Shown here one piece after another: positions 55,393 to 64,000 of a stretch of DNA of 64,000 nt. Positions within the stretch are counted from its first letter, which is position 1; each line of letters starts with the position of its first letter. Under the pieces are notes generated by a model that ran no database searches, was not told the origin of the DNA, and saw only the letters and a list, made by a program, of their open reading frames with translations. This DNA is from Methanocella sp. (GTDB lineage Archaea; Thermoproteota; Bathyarchaeia; Bathyarchaeales; Bathycorpusculaceae), in the NCBI GenBank assembly GCA_050261115.1, contig JBLNCY010000064.1, forward strand, positions 1-64,000, in the 5' to 3' direction. The position numbers and the translations under genes are program-made.

Positions 55393-58269
55393 TTACTTGA
55401 AGCGTTTACTGAGTGCTTTACGCTCCGCTTCTAGTACTAACTCAAAAAATCGCTCAGACATCTGCGGCTCCTTCTCCAAAACCGCCGCAACATCAGAAGC
55501 CAGAACCCTGCGTGCACTCAACGCCACTGCCGCTGCTTTGCCATACCGTTCAATAAGCTCGGAGGTTTTCTTTGCATACGACTGCATCTTCTCTTCGTAT
55601 TTTGCCAGATGTTCCCCTTTCTTCTCCAGCAACCCCGCTGCTTTCTCTTCTTCTACCTTCAACAAGCCGATCTTGTTGGAACCGCATCGGGGGCATTTAG
55701 GTTTATCTGGCAAGTCTTTGAGGCGGATGAGCTCCATGTAATCCCAGCAGTTAGAGCACACAAAATTGCCCGTCTCGTTAAGCAACCGCGCGCGAGCAGA
55801 TTCAACTAATACCATGCGCATCTGCTGAGGCGGAATTAAATCAGTCTTCATACTGACCCGCTCAATACCTACACGAGCAACCGGTGTCACGTTACCACCT
55901 GTCTCAATCGATTGAAGTCGTGCGTCTCCACTGCGCAGGCGATCCAGAACCATAACTAAGCCGTCAGCGTCAAGGTCTTTGCTAAAAACTTCTTTGAGGC
56001 CTTCTTCGTAGATTGGGGTGCCTTCGAAGCTGCTGATGAGCTTGGTTAAGCTTACGCTGCTAAAATCAGCCCACTTTTTAAGTGCTCCAAAACGGCGGGC
56101 GACTTGGATGACGCGGCGCTTGAATAATCCAGTTTTAACCGTCGATAGGGTAAGTGTATTGCGAATCGCAGTTTCGGGTAAGTTTTTAATTTCTTCTAGC
56201 ACTTCCACAAGACCCGATGCACACATAGCGCCCATAGTTTGCACGAAAATGCGGTAAGGATCGTGCTGAACAACAATGCCTCGTCCAAGCTTATCAGAGA
56301 GCACCTGTCCCAGCAACTGCGCCAACGCCCGATTAATCAGTGAACCAAAATTGCAATGGATGATTACAAACTCGTTCCAGTCTTCAATAACAATCCGTTT
56401 AGGCGTAGGAACGGGAAAACCGCTCTGCACCTGCTCGACCGTCTCTTCGATTGCATGCAAAATGTTCTCTGAATCAGCCGGGTAACGCTCTGTCAGCTCG
56501 CGACTGATCTCTTGGAGGGTGCAGCCCTGCTGAATCTCCTTCTCCACAAACCCGCGTACCTCGGCCACTTCCTGGGCAACCTCGTAGGGCACAGGAATCT
56601 CCTCACCGATCCAGCTTGGAATCGATCCGGTTGGGTCCTCGACGGGGCGCACGTAAACCTTGTCTTCGGTGGCATGAATGATTTGCCAGGGGCTTCCGCG
56701 GATGATGAATTTGGTGCCTGGTTTGCCGTATTCAGCCATGAATGCTTCATCTAAGACGCCGATTGAGGCGTCAGCTGTCTGGTCTATCACAAGGAACTGT
56801 TTCTCTTCGGGGATCATGGAGAGGTTATCAAAGTAGTATTCGAAAAGCGCTTTTGTCCGTTGGGGTTTGAGGACTACTTGGTCTTCAAAGGATGCCCAGG
56901 CAAGGCGTGGGAAGCGTTGGTGCATGTACTTGATGACTTTTTCCACGTCTTTGAGTGTCAGGTTTTGGAAGGGTGCGGCTTTCTGGCAGGTCTCAAGGAT
57001 CTCCTGAAATGTCAAGCGCCTATTCTTAAGCAGCAACCCCGCAATCTGATGAGTGAGTACATCATAGGGTTTATCGGGTATAGTGATGGGTTCAAGTTGC
57101 TCGTTTAGGGCTCTACGGGCGATAACCAATGCTTCAAGGGTGTCATCGGAGTCCATGCCTATAATGAGGCCTTCGGAGAGGTTACCGTAGGTGTGGCCTG
57201 CTCTGCCGACACGTTGGATGAGGCGGCTGACTTGGCGTGGACTCATGTATTGTATCACGAAGTCTATGTGGCCTACGTCGATGCCGAGTTCAAGGCTGCT
57301 TGTCGCAATCAAGCCTTTGAGATCACCGCGTTTGAGCCCTGCTTCGGCTGCGATGCGGCTGGGCTTTGCCAAGGAGCCATGATGGATAGATAGCGGAAAG
57401 TCTATGTCCCAGACTTTGAACCGAGAGGCCAATACTTCGGAGATTGACCGTGTATTTGTGAATAATAACACAGATTTGCGTTTACTCATGTAATCCCGAA
57501 TAATACGCAGGCGTGCGGCGACTTCGGGGTGGGTGTAGATTTTGCCTGCAAACTGGGCATCCTCCTCGGTTGGAGTGGGATAGATAACTTGGAGGTGAAC
57601 CATTTTTGCAACCGAAACCCTCACGATTTCGACTTGCCGCTGGTTACCCACAAGAAACTGTGCAACCTTATCGGGGGTGCCCACGGTGGCGGATAAGCCG
57701 ATGGTTTGGAAGTCCCTGCCGATTAAGCCTCGGATACGTTCCAGCGCCAAAGAGAGTTGGCTGCCGCGTTTGCTGTCTGCTAATTCGTGCACTTCGTCGA
57801 TTACTAGCCATTTGAGGCTTTGTAGGTGCTGCCGTAGTAGCCACCCTGAGAGAATCGCCTGCAGCGTTTCGGGTGTAGTGATTAGTATGTCTGGGGGACA
57901 TTGGCTTTGGCGAGTGCGCTCTTTCTGTTCGGTGTCGCCGTGTCGCACTGCAAGTTTAATGTCAAGATTATTGCACCACCATTGCAGTCGCTCAAGCATG
58001 TCTCGGTTAAGCGCTCGGAGAGGTGTGATATAGAGGACTTTTATGCCTGGCGTTTTGGGTTGCTGTAGGAGCAGGCTGAGAATTGGGAGGAAGGCGGCTT
58101 CTGTTTTGCCCGTTGCTGTGGGGGAGATTAGTAGGACGTTTTTGCCTTCGAGGATTTTGGGGATAACTTTTTCTTGGGGCTCGGTGGGTTTAGAGAATCC
58201 TCTTTGTTCTATTAGCCTTCGCACTGGCTTTACAAGCATTTCAAAAGCGTTTTCAGAAGTTGCCTGCAA
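55393..58269 (-). CDS. lhr: Lhr-family SF2 (DEAD/DEAH) helicase
   Basis: PTATGKT, TPLRALNRD, DEVHE, LSAT, HHGSL, SSLELGID and QRVGRAGH motifs; C-terminal CSNC/CPRC finger. Confidence 0.93.
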   Translation of the reverse strand: MQATSENAFEMLVKPVRRLIEQRGFSKPTEPQEKVIPKILEGKNVLLISPTATGKTEAAFLPILSLLLQQPKTPGIKVLYITPLRALNRDMLERLQWWCNNLDIKLAVRHGDTEQKERTRQSQCPPDILITTPETLQAILSGWLLRQHLQSLKWLVIDEVHELADSKRGSQLSLALERIRGLIGRDFQTIGLSATVGTPDKVAQFLVGNQRQVEIVRVSVAKMVHLQVIYPTPTEEDAQFAGKIYTHPEVAARLRIIRDYMSKRKSVLLFTNTRSISEVLASRFKVWDIDFPLSIHHGSLAKPSRIAAEAGLKRGDLKGLIATSSLELGIDVGHIDFVIQYMSPRQVSRLIQRVGRAGHTYGNLSEGLIIGMDSDDTLEALVIARRALNEQLEPITIPDKPYDVLTHQIAGLLLKNRRLTFQEILETCQKAAPFQNLTLKDVEKVIKYMHQRFPRLAWASFEDQVVLKPQRTKALFEYYFDNLSMIPEEKQFLVIDQTADASIGVLDEAFMAEYGKPGTKFIIRGSPWQIIHATEDKVYVRPVEDPTGSIPSWIGEEIPVPYEVAQEVAEVRGFVEKEIQQGCTLQEISRELTERYPADSENILHAIEETVEQVQSGFPVPTPKRIVIEDWNEFVIIHCNFGSLINRALAQLLGQVLSDKLGRGIVVQHDPYRIFVQTMGAMCASGLVEVLEEIKNLPETAIRNTLTLSTVKTGLFKRRVIQVARRFGALKKWADFSSVSLTKLISSFEGTPIYEEGLKEVFSKDLDADGLVMVLDRLRSGDARLQSIETGGNVTPVARVGIERVSMKTDLIPPQQMRMVLVESARARLLNETGNFVCSNCWDYMELIRLKDLPDKPKCPRCGSNKIGLLKVEEEKAAGLLEKKGEHLAKYEEKMQSYAKKTSELIERYGKAAAVALSARRVLASDVAAVLEKEPQMSERFFELVLEAERKALSKRFK

Positions 58270-58583
58270 TACAAATGGACCTTCGATTCGATTAGATGAA
58301 TCCTTGTTTGGGCTATAAAAAATCTTTTGGGGTATAAAGATGGTTTGCTGGCGGTTTATGCGGTGTTGTTAAGTGTTTGATGCGCCTGTTTTTGGTGCTC
58401 TTCTTGGCTATTCCCATTGAGTATGGGAGTTGGTTTCTACATTTTCATTTTAGGGTTTCCATAGATTTTACGTTTCCATGTATAATTTCAATGTTGAATA
58501 AACCGCTATGTGTGGGTATGCTATGGAAACATTTTAATCTAATCAGGATAATGCCATCAAAGCGATAATACGGAGAAATTAAA

Positions 58584-58754
58584 ATGGCAAAATGTCCAAA
58601 ATGCGGAACCGAAGTCTCAAAACCAAAGAAGACCTGGAAAATGGCAGGTCGCCCAGACAAAACTGGAAAACGCATGCAACTAGAAATCGGCCTATACGAA
58701 TGTGCCAAATGTGGTAACGTATTCCGCGAAGTATTAAGCAAAAGCAAAATCTAA
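58584..58754 (+). CDS. Cren7-like small chromatin protein with zinc ribbon (56 aa; below ORF-track cutoff)
   Basis: MAKCPKCGTEVSKPKKTWKMAGRPDKTGKRMQLEIGLYECAKCGNVFREVLSKSKI. P.K.W…IGL(F/Y)…G..FR is the Cren7 pattern. GGAG RBS. Confidence 0.8.
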   Translation: MAKCPKCGTEVSKPKKTWKMAGRPDKTGKRMQLEIGLYECAKCGNVFREVLSKSKI

Positions 58755-58857
58755 TTCTCTAAGTGTCTCAGAAGAGCACTCTCTATTTTTCTTTTAAAAG
58801 CGGTAGTTTTAAAGCCAGCTAGCAGTTATGAAGCTAAGTATATCGGTGAATTATCGG

Positions 58858-59532
58858 GTGGCTCACTCTAACCTTCTCAAGAACGAATACGTGAGAACTG
58901 CGGTCGCTATCGGGTTGGTGGTTGCGCTTGTTCTGGGCGGATATTTCGGTCTAGGGCTAGCATTGGGTACTGAAACGCCGGTGCGTGTGGTAGAAAGCGG
59001 CAGCATGTGCACTTCCACTTTAAGGTTTGGCTGCGATGGCTGGTCCGATGTGTTTGAGCAAACATTGCATGTGGGCGACTTAATCTTTATCCAAAAGGTA
59101 ACCGCAGGAGAATTAAGTGCCGATTACCCTAACAGTGACATTATCGTCTATGACAAGCCTGGTCAGAGCGGTAATCCAGATACCACGCCGATTGTTCACC
59201 GTATCGTCGCCAAATATGAGGTTGACGGTGTATGGTACTTTCAAACCAAGGGTGACGGCAACGGCGTGCATTGGCCTGCGCCTGTAAGCGAAGGCGAATA
59301 TGATTCAAATACACTTTGGCACACTGGGCAGGGTGTCTCGGAGGATCATGTTTTGGGCAAGGTTATCTTGCGTATCCCCTATGTTGGCTGGGTTACGCTG
59401 CTAATGCGGAACACTTCCTGGGTGCTGCCGCTGGTTATCCTGTTAATTGTGCTACTTGTGATGGTGGAGTTTGTGTATCCAGCCCTTAAATCCCACAAAA
59501 AACGTTCCAGCGAAGAACAAAACCAGCCATAG
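58858..59532 (+). CDS. Signal peptidase I (Sec11-type)
   Basis: VVESGSM, GDLI, IVHRI, TKGD.N and IPYVGW motifs. Alternative start 58828. Confidence 0.9.
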   Translation: MAHSNLLKNEYVRTAVAIGLVVALVLGGYFGLGLALGTETPVRVVESGSMCTSTLRFGCDGWSDVFEQTLHVGDLIFIQKVTAGELSADYPNSDIIVYDKPGQSGNPDTTPIVHRIVAKYEVDGVWYFQTKGDGNGVHWPAPVSEGEYDSNTLWHTGQGVSEDHVLGKVILRIPYVGWVTLLMRNTSWVLPLVILLIVLLVMVEFVYPALKSHKKRSSEEQNQP

Positions 59533-59597
59533 ATGTATTTATAACTTAAGCTTTCACTAAGTCACTAACTAAGGCGGTATAGCAGAGGGAAATTGAT

Positions 59598-60161
59598 TTG
59601 CCTAAAGTTAAAGCGCAAGTAAGCATCGAAAACGTAGTCGCTTCCGCAACGCTTAACCAGAAAGTTGACTTGAACTCAGTGGTAAAAGGCTACCCTGGCG
59701 TTGAATATCGCCCCGAGCAGTTCCCTGGGTTGGTTTTTAGGCTCAAACGTCCAAAGACTGCCACGCTGATTTTTAGTTCTGGCAAAATGGTCTGCACCGG
59801 TGCAAAATCCGAAAAAGAAGCCAAGCGTGCCGTCATGAAAGTAATCAAGGAACTCAAGAAAGGCGGCATCATTATCATCGGCAAGCCAGAGGTGAAAATC
59901 CAAAACATAGTTGCCTCTGGGGCACTCGGCGGCATGATTGACCTTGAGAAAGCGGCCTACACGTTGGGGCATGCAATGTATGAACCCGAGCAGTTTCCAG
60001 GCTTAATCTATCGGATGGATGAACCCAAAGTAGTCATTCTACTTTTTGCCAGCGGCAAACTGGTATGTACCGGCGCCAAAAAAGAACCCGATGCCTATGA
60101 AGCAGTCGATAAACTGCATATGCTACTCGAAGAAACCAATCTAATCTACTACGATAGCTAG
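59598..60161 (+). CDS. tbp: TATA-box-binding protein
   Basis: Two repeats NVVAS/NIVAS…Y.PEQFPGL..R…LIF.SGK.VCTGAK. Confidence 0.98.
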   Translation: MPKVKAQVSIENVVASATLNQKVDLNSVVKGYPGVEYRPEQFPGLVFRLKRPKTATLIFSSGKMVCTGAKSEKEAKRAVMKVIKELKKGGIIIIGKPEVKIQNIVASGALGGMIDLEKAAYTLGHAMYEPEQFPGLIYRMDEPKVVILLFASGKLVCTGAKKEPDAYEAVDKLHMLLEETNLIYYDS

Positions 60162-60162
60162 A

Positions 60163-60789
60163 CTACTTTTTAACTTGTTTTAAGATCGTTTTTAGGCTGT
60201 CTTTGTCGATTGCGCCTACATCATAAAGTGTCTGGGCTACTTCGCTTACGTTTAGTAATGTATGCACTTTTACCCCGTTGCTTTCCAATAGCTGCTTGCC
60301 GCCTTCTTCGCGATCCAAGAAAACCATCACGTCTGTGACGATTCCGCCTTCGGCGCGAACAGCGTCCACGGCGTTCTTTAGTGTTAAGCCCGTGGTGAGT
60401 AGGTCGTCGATGACTAGGACTTTGTCGCCTGAGATGAGGATGCCCTCTACCCGGCGTTCTCTGCCATGCAGCTTTATGTCTTTGCGGATGTAGAGGAAGG
60501 GCTTTTTGAGGTTGTAGGCGATCTGGGATGCGAATGGTATGCCTGCGATGGGGACTCCTGCGATGCGGCTAAAGTTGTTGAGGCCGATTTCTTGGGTGAT
60601 TTGTTGGCTGTAGAAGTCGCAGATTTCTCGAAAGGCATCGGGGAAGCTGGGGATTAAGCGGAGGTCTATGTAGTAGGGGCTTTGCTTGCCTGAACTCAGT
60701 TGGAATACTCCGAATTTTATGGCGTCAATCTTGTAAAGGATATTTGCCGTTTTTGCTTGTTTGTCAAGCGTAACCTTTTCTGTTTTCAT
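60163..60789 (-). CDS. pyrE: Orotate phosphoribosyltransferase
   Basis: F.LSSGK.SPYYIDLR, RK..K.HG and VIDDLLTTG motifs. ATG 60789 overlaps the upstream stop (ATGA). Confidence 0.92.
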   Translation of the reverse strand: MKTEKVTLDKQAKTANILYKIDAIKFGVFQLSSGKQSPYYIDLRLIPSFPDAFREICDFYSQQITQEIGLNNFSRIAGVPIAGIPFASQIAYNLKKPFLYIRKDIKLHGRERRVEGILISGDKVLVIDDLLTTGLTLKNAVDAVRAEGGIVTDVMVFLDREEGGKQLLESNGVKVHTLLNVSEVAQTLYDVGAIDKDSLKTILKQVKK

Positions 60790-61484
60790 TGGTTTTGCCT
60801 CTTTGAGACTTGGTAGATTTTGTTTTGTTCGGGAATCAAGCAGGCTGATTTTGGGAGTTTCTTTTTCATGAGTTGAGCGAATTTTTGCTGGTTTGCTACT
60901 GTGCTTGAATGGTAGGGAATCGCCAAAGCTGGTTTGGTTAACCATGCGATTTCAAAGCCTGATTCGGGGGTTGCGTTTGGAGCGATTCCGACTGTGCAGA
61001 AAACTATATCGAAAAGCTCGTTTTGTCCCATTAGTCCCATTTCGGGGAAGGGGAGGCTGTCGCTTGTGTGGTAGACTTTGACGTTGTCTTCGCTTGTAAT
61101 TATGTAAGTGTTAGGGGCCTGCGCGGGGGGATGGTTGGATTTTTCTGCTTTTACGGTTACAGCACCGATTCTCACTTTTGCGCCGGGTTTGAGTTGGATG
61201 AGTTTGTCGCTGGGTACGGTGCCTTGTATCTTCTTTGCCGATGCGGGGTCTGCGATTACTATGCAGTTGGTGTTGGCTTGTATGCTGCTAACAAGAGGCT
61301 GGTCAAGGTGGTCGTAGTGTTCATGGGTGAGTAAAAGTGCATCTACAGTTGTGTAGTCTTTAGCTTTTACATCAACCGGATCGATGAGCAGGGTTTTGGT
61401 TTGAGTTTTAATCAGGATGCCGCTATACTGGTTGAACCATGTGAAGAAGATGGTGTTAGGTTCCGGTGTTTTTTGAATGGACAT
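60786..61484 (-). CDS. MBL-fold metallo-hydrolase
   Basis: LLIDP, THEHYDHLD, NH, YHTSDS and IPYH motifs. Probable ATG 61484 (frame open to 61655). Confidence 0.88.
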   Translation of the reverse strand: MSIQKTPEPNTIFFTWFNQYSGILIKTQTKTLLIDPVDVKAKDYTTVDALLLTHEHYDHLDQPLVSSIQANTNCIVIADPASAKKIQGTVPSDKLIQLKPGAKVRIGAVTVKAEKSNHPPAQAPNTYIITSEDNVKVYHTSDSLPFPEMGLMGQNELFDIVFCTVGIAPNATPESGFEIAWLTKPALAIPYHSSTVANQQKFAQLMKKKLPKSACLIPEQNKIYQVSKRQNQ

Positions 61485-61542
61485 AACTTGATTCCTAAAA
61501 CTAGTATTGGGGATTTCTTTAAAGAAGTTACGCATAGGCGTT

Positions 61543-61658
61543 AGGTTGTATCTGTTGCGGTTCTGTCTCCCCTCGTTAGACCTTATTCCACCATCTACGA
61601 CTTGGAGCCGGCGCCGCGTTATTTGAGGCAGACCCTGCTGATTTGCTCCATACAAACC
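61543..61658. ncRNA. Candidate structured RNA (unassigned)
   Basis: Three nested complementary pairs: GGTTGTAT/ATACAAACC, GGTTCTGTCTC/GAGGCAGACC and TCGTTAGA/TCTACGA. Confidence 0.3.
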
Positions 61659-61715
61659 TCTGTTGATTAAGTAACAGTTTTAACCCACACCCTCCATCCA
61701 ATACCCGAAATCTCG

Positions 61716-62210
61716 ATGCAATACATTCCTTGGCGAAACGTGCAGAACTGGCAATGCAAAGCATGCGGCTACTGTTGCAAACTCTACTCTGTCGTGCTAA
61801 ATTTCGGAGAATACCTCCGCCTCACCCAAACCTACGGACAAAACGCCGCCGTAACTGACTTCACCCGCTTCTACATACAGCGCCATAGCAACGGAGACTG
61901 CGTATTTCTCGGCTGTAAATCACTAAAATACTATTGTGGATTGCAGCAGATGAAGCCGGAGGCCTGCAAAATCTGGCCCTTTAAAGTCACTGCGGAACCC
62001 AAGTATGGCGAGGCCGACTTGGCTGCTTACGACCTAAACGGCCGTGAAATCTATGTTTATGTAGACAACATGTGTAACGGTGTTAAGTATGGGACGCCAA
62101 CTTGGGAATTCCAAAACCAAATCCTGCGCGAATTTGTGGAGTTGGCTGTTCGGACAAGGGAGTTTCAGCATCACGCGACTGGTCGCATAGGGTTTGAGTG
62201 GCGCAAGTAA
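61716..62210 (+). CDS. YkgJ-family cysteine cluster protein
   Basis: CKACGYCC, CVFL…YCGLQ..KPEACKIWPF and C.GV motifs. Confidence 0.88.
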   Translation: MQYIPWRNVQNWQCKACGYCCKLYSVVLNFGEYLRLTQTYGQNAAVTDFTRFYIQRHSNGDCVFLGCKSLKYYCGLQQMKPEACKIWPFKVTAEPKYGEADLAAYDLNGREIYVYVDNMCNGVKYGTPTWEFQNQILREFVELAVRTREFQHHATGRIGFEWRK

Positions 62211-62269
62211 TTAAGTTCTTTAGGCTGCTTACCTTTTAACAAGAAACACTTGTACTAAGAGGATGCATT

Positions 62270-63052
62270 ATGTCTAAACCTAAAGTCGGCGTGTCAATGC
62301 TCTACAGTCTAGGCGACCCATTTAACCGCATGGTCAAGCGCATAACCACCTTGGAAACCAAAACCATCGAAGTTCTAGACGATGGCGACCACGAATTAAC
62401 CCCCACCCGCATAGCAAGCCTCAAAGAAGTCGCAAAAAAGCACGGGTTAGAATACTCCATTCATGCACCCTTCGCGGATGTAAACATCGCCTCCCCCATA
62501 AAGCCAATGCTGACCTTATCTCTAAAACGCGTAAAACAGTCCATAGCTCACGCAAGTGCCTTAGACGCGAAACTCGTCGTCATCCACCCCGGCGCCTACA
62601 CGGGCATAAGTAGCTTCACTCCGGGCGCAAGCTGGAAACAGAACACGGAGAGCCTAAAAGACATCTATGGCTATGCAGAAGAGAAGGGCGTCAACATAGC
62701 AATCGAGAATTTGCCCGCTAAATATTGGTTTTTGATGAGTTCTCCACAGGATTTTAGTCGCTTCTATAAAGAAACAGGTCTATCCATAGGCATAGTGTTG
62801 GATCTGGGTCATGCTCATCTGGAAGGTCAAATTGAACCCTTCTTCAACCAGATAGCAGACAAAATAGTTCATGTCCATGCAAGCAACAACGATGGCTCGG
62901 ATGATCAACATAATGGCGTTGAAGACGGCACCATAGACTACAACCTCTTCGCTGAGAACCTTAAAAAAATCGGTTATGACAAGTGGGTTATGGTTGAATC
63001 ATCAAGAAAAGTGCCCGAGAGCTTGGCCATACTAAAGGCTTTGCTCGTTTAA
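62270..63052 (+). CDS. Sugar phosphate isomerase/epimerase (AP endonuclease 2 TIM barrel)
   Basis: SIHAPFAD, VIHPG, IENLP, DLGHA, HVHASNN…DQH and VE motifs. Confidence 0.88.
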   Translation: MSKPKVGVSMLYSLGDPFNRMVKRITTLETKTIEVLDDGDHELTPTRIASLKEVAKKHGLEYSIHAPFADVNIASPIKPMLTLSLKRVKQSIAHASALDAKLVVIHPGAYTGISSFTPGASWKQNTESLKDIYGYAEEKGVNIAIENLPAKYWFLMSSPQDFSRFYKETGLSIGIVLDLGHAHLEGQIEPFFNQIADKIVHVHASNNDGSDDQHNGVEDGTIDYNLFAENLKKIGYDKWVMVESSRKVPESLAILKALLV

Positions 63053-63961
63053 GGGTAACTCAAGCTCCATGTAATCCTCAGCTAAGATGCTGTTTGGAAA
63101 CACCTTTTTAGCTTGCTCCAGTAGTGGCGACGCATCTGGGTAGCGTGCGCTGATATGAGTGAGTGCAAGGCGCTTGGCGTTTGCCGCTTTGGCCTGGGCT
63201 GCGGCTTGGCTTGGCGTCGAATGCCCATCCACTTCTGCCCGTTCAAGGAATGAATCATCAAAGGTGCATTCATGAATCAGCAGATCTGCTCCCTCCGCAA
63301 ACGGGATTAACGCCTCAAATGGTTTGGTGTCGCCTGTGTAGATGATTTTGCGGCCTGGTCGCTGTGGACCCATCACGTCGCTGGGTTGGATGGTTTTGCC
63401 GTTTGGCAAGGTGACGGTTTGGCCGCTTTGCAGTTTTGACCATAGCTCCCCTTGAGGGACGCCTAGTGCTTGGGCCTTTTTGGGGTAGAATTTTCCTGGA
63501 CGGGGCTTCTCGATGAAGGCAAAGCAGTAGCCATCGACTGAATGGTTGGCTTTTATGGCGCTTACCTGGTATTCTTGGTCGTCTATGATTAGGCCTTCGC
63601 CGGTGATTTCGTTGATTTCCACGGGGTAGGTTAAGCCGAAGTTTAGCGTCTCTTTGGTACAGATTAAGAATTTGCTCAAGCCAACTGGTCCGTACACTTG
63701 GAGGGGCTCTTTGCGATCCATCAAAGCCATCGTCTGCAGCAGCCCCGGTAAACCTAACACGTGGTCGCCGTGCAGGTGGCTGATTAAGATTTTCATTTTG
63801 CGGTGAAAGCTAACTTTGGCGCCCATCATCTGTCGTTGGACGTTTTCTCCGCAGTCAAACATCCACTGGTCGCGGGGGCACTGGATTACTATGCAGGGTA
63901 AGCTTCGCTTGAGGGTTGGTACGCTGCCGCTGGTTCCCAGAAATACAATGCGGATACTCAT
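63032..63961 (-). CDS. rnz: Ribonuclease Z
   Basis: FLGTSG..PT..R, DCGE, SHLHGDH, exosite (GVPQG), YTGDT, HECTF, HST and THISARY motifs. Confidence 0.96.
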   Translation of the reverse strand: MSIRIVFLGTSGSVPTLKRSLPCIVIQCPRDQWMFDCGENVQRQMMGAKVSFHRKMKILISHLHGDHVLGLPGLLQTMALMDRKEPLQVYGPVGLSKFLICTKETLNFGLTYPVEINEITGEGLIIDDQEYQVSAIKANHSVDGYCFAFIEKPRPGKFYPKKAQALGVPQGELWSKLQSGQTVTLPNGKTIQPSDVMGPQRPGRKIIYTGDTKPFEALIPFAEGADLLIHECTFDDSFLERAEVDGHSTPSQAAAQAKAANAKRLALTHISARYPDASPLLEQAKKVFPNSILAEDYMELELPLNEQSL

Positions 63962-64000
63962 AGTTGATCCTTATGGTTGTATGGTACTTATGAGGGTTTA

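Noticed and set aside
61562-61632. Twister ribozyme (minus strand has UAA…GCCGGCUCCAAG…GAGGG)
   Set aside because: The required P2 and P4 pairings cannot be formed; kept only as an unassigned structured RNA candidate.
1-64000. Many antisense or overlapping ORFs in the six-frame track (e.g. 18943-19566, 4662-5162, 37189-37629, 49350-49733)
   Set aside because: They are shadows of well-supported genes on the other strand or frame and carry no recognisable motifs.

Overview
Archaeal chromosomal window, most likely Candidatus Bathyarchaeia. The lineage is inferred from TBP, Spt5, a thermosome subunit, a LysW pathway, a Cren7-like zinc ribbon and 'KPSVPEF' surface proteins; no phylogeny was run. 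It is mostly housekeeping: the lysM/lysWXYZJK cluster, citrate synthase, thermosome, tRNA-Glu(CTC), a split glutamate synthase operon, cysteine synthase, hsp20-rpl15-secY, DNA ligase, ilvC, argF, dtdA-secE-spt5-rpl11-rpl1-rpl10, mgsA, larA, Lhr, signal peptidase, TBP, pyrE and RNase Z. I saw no CRISPR array, rRNA, transposase or integrase. The most notable unexplained signals are: (1) a dispersed intergenic repeat (TGTTGCTCT-N-GACCCCYTCCYTTATATATAGA plus downstream boxes) at about 2.6, 35.3 and 54.3 kb, with a weaker copy at 0.8 kb; (2) a ~1450-aa Cas4/RecB-nuclease-SF1 helicase whose conserved N-terminus has no canonical start codon; (3) tandem surface-protein genes sharing a conserved 3' DNA motif, with an imperfect hairpin between them; (4) a LysX with a 78-aa insertion; (5) a candidate structured RNA at 61.5 kb; (6) a premature stop in secY and a C55 in tRNA-Glu. 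Several small genes below the ORF-track cutoff were added by hand. All calls come from motif recognition by eye, not database searches.
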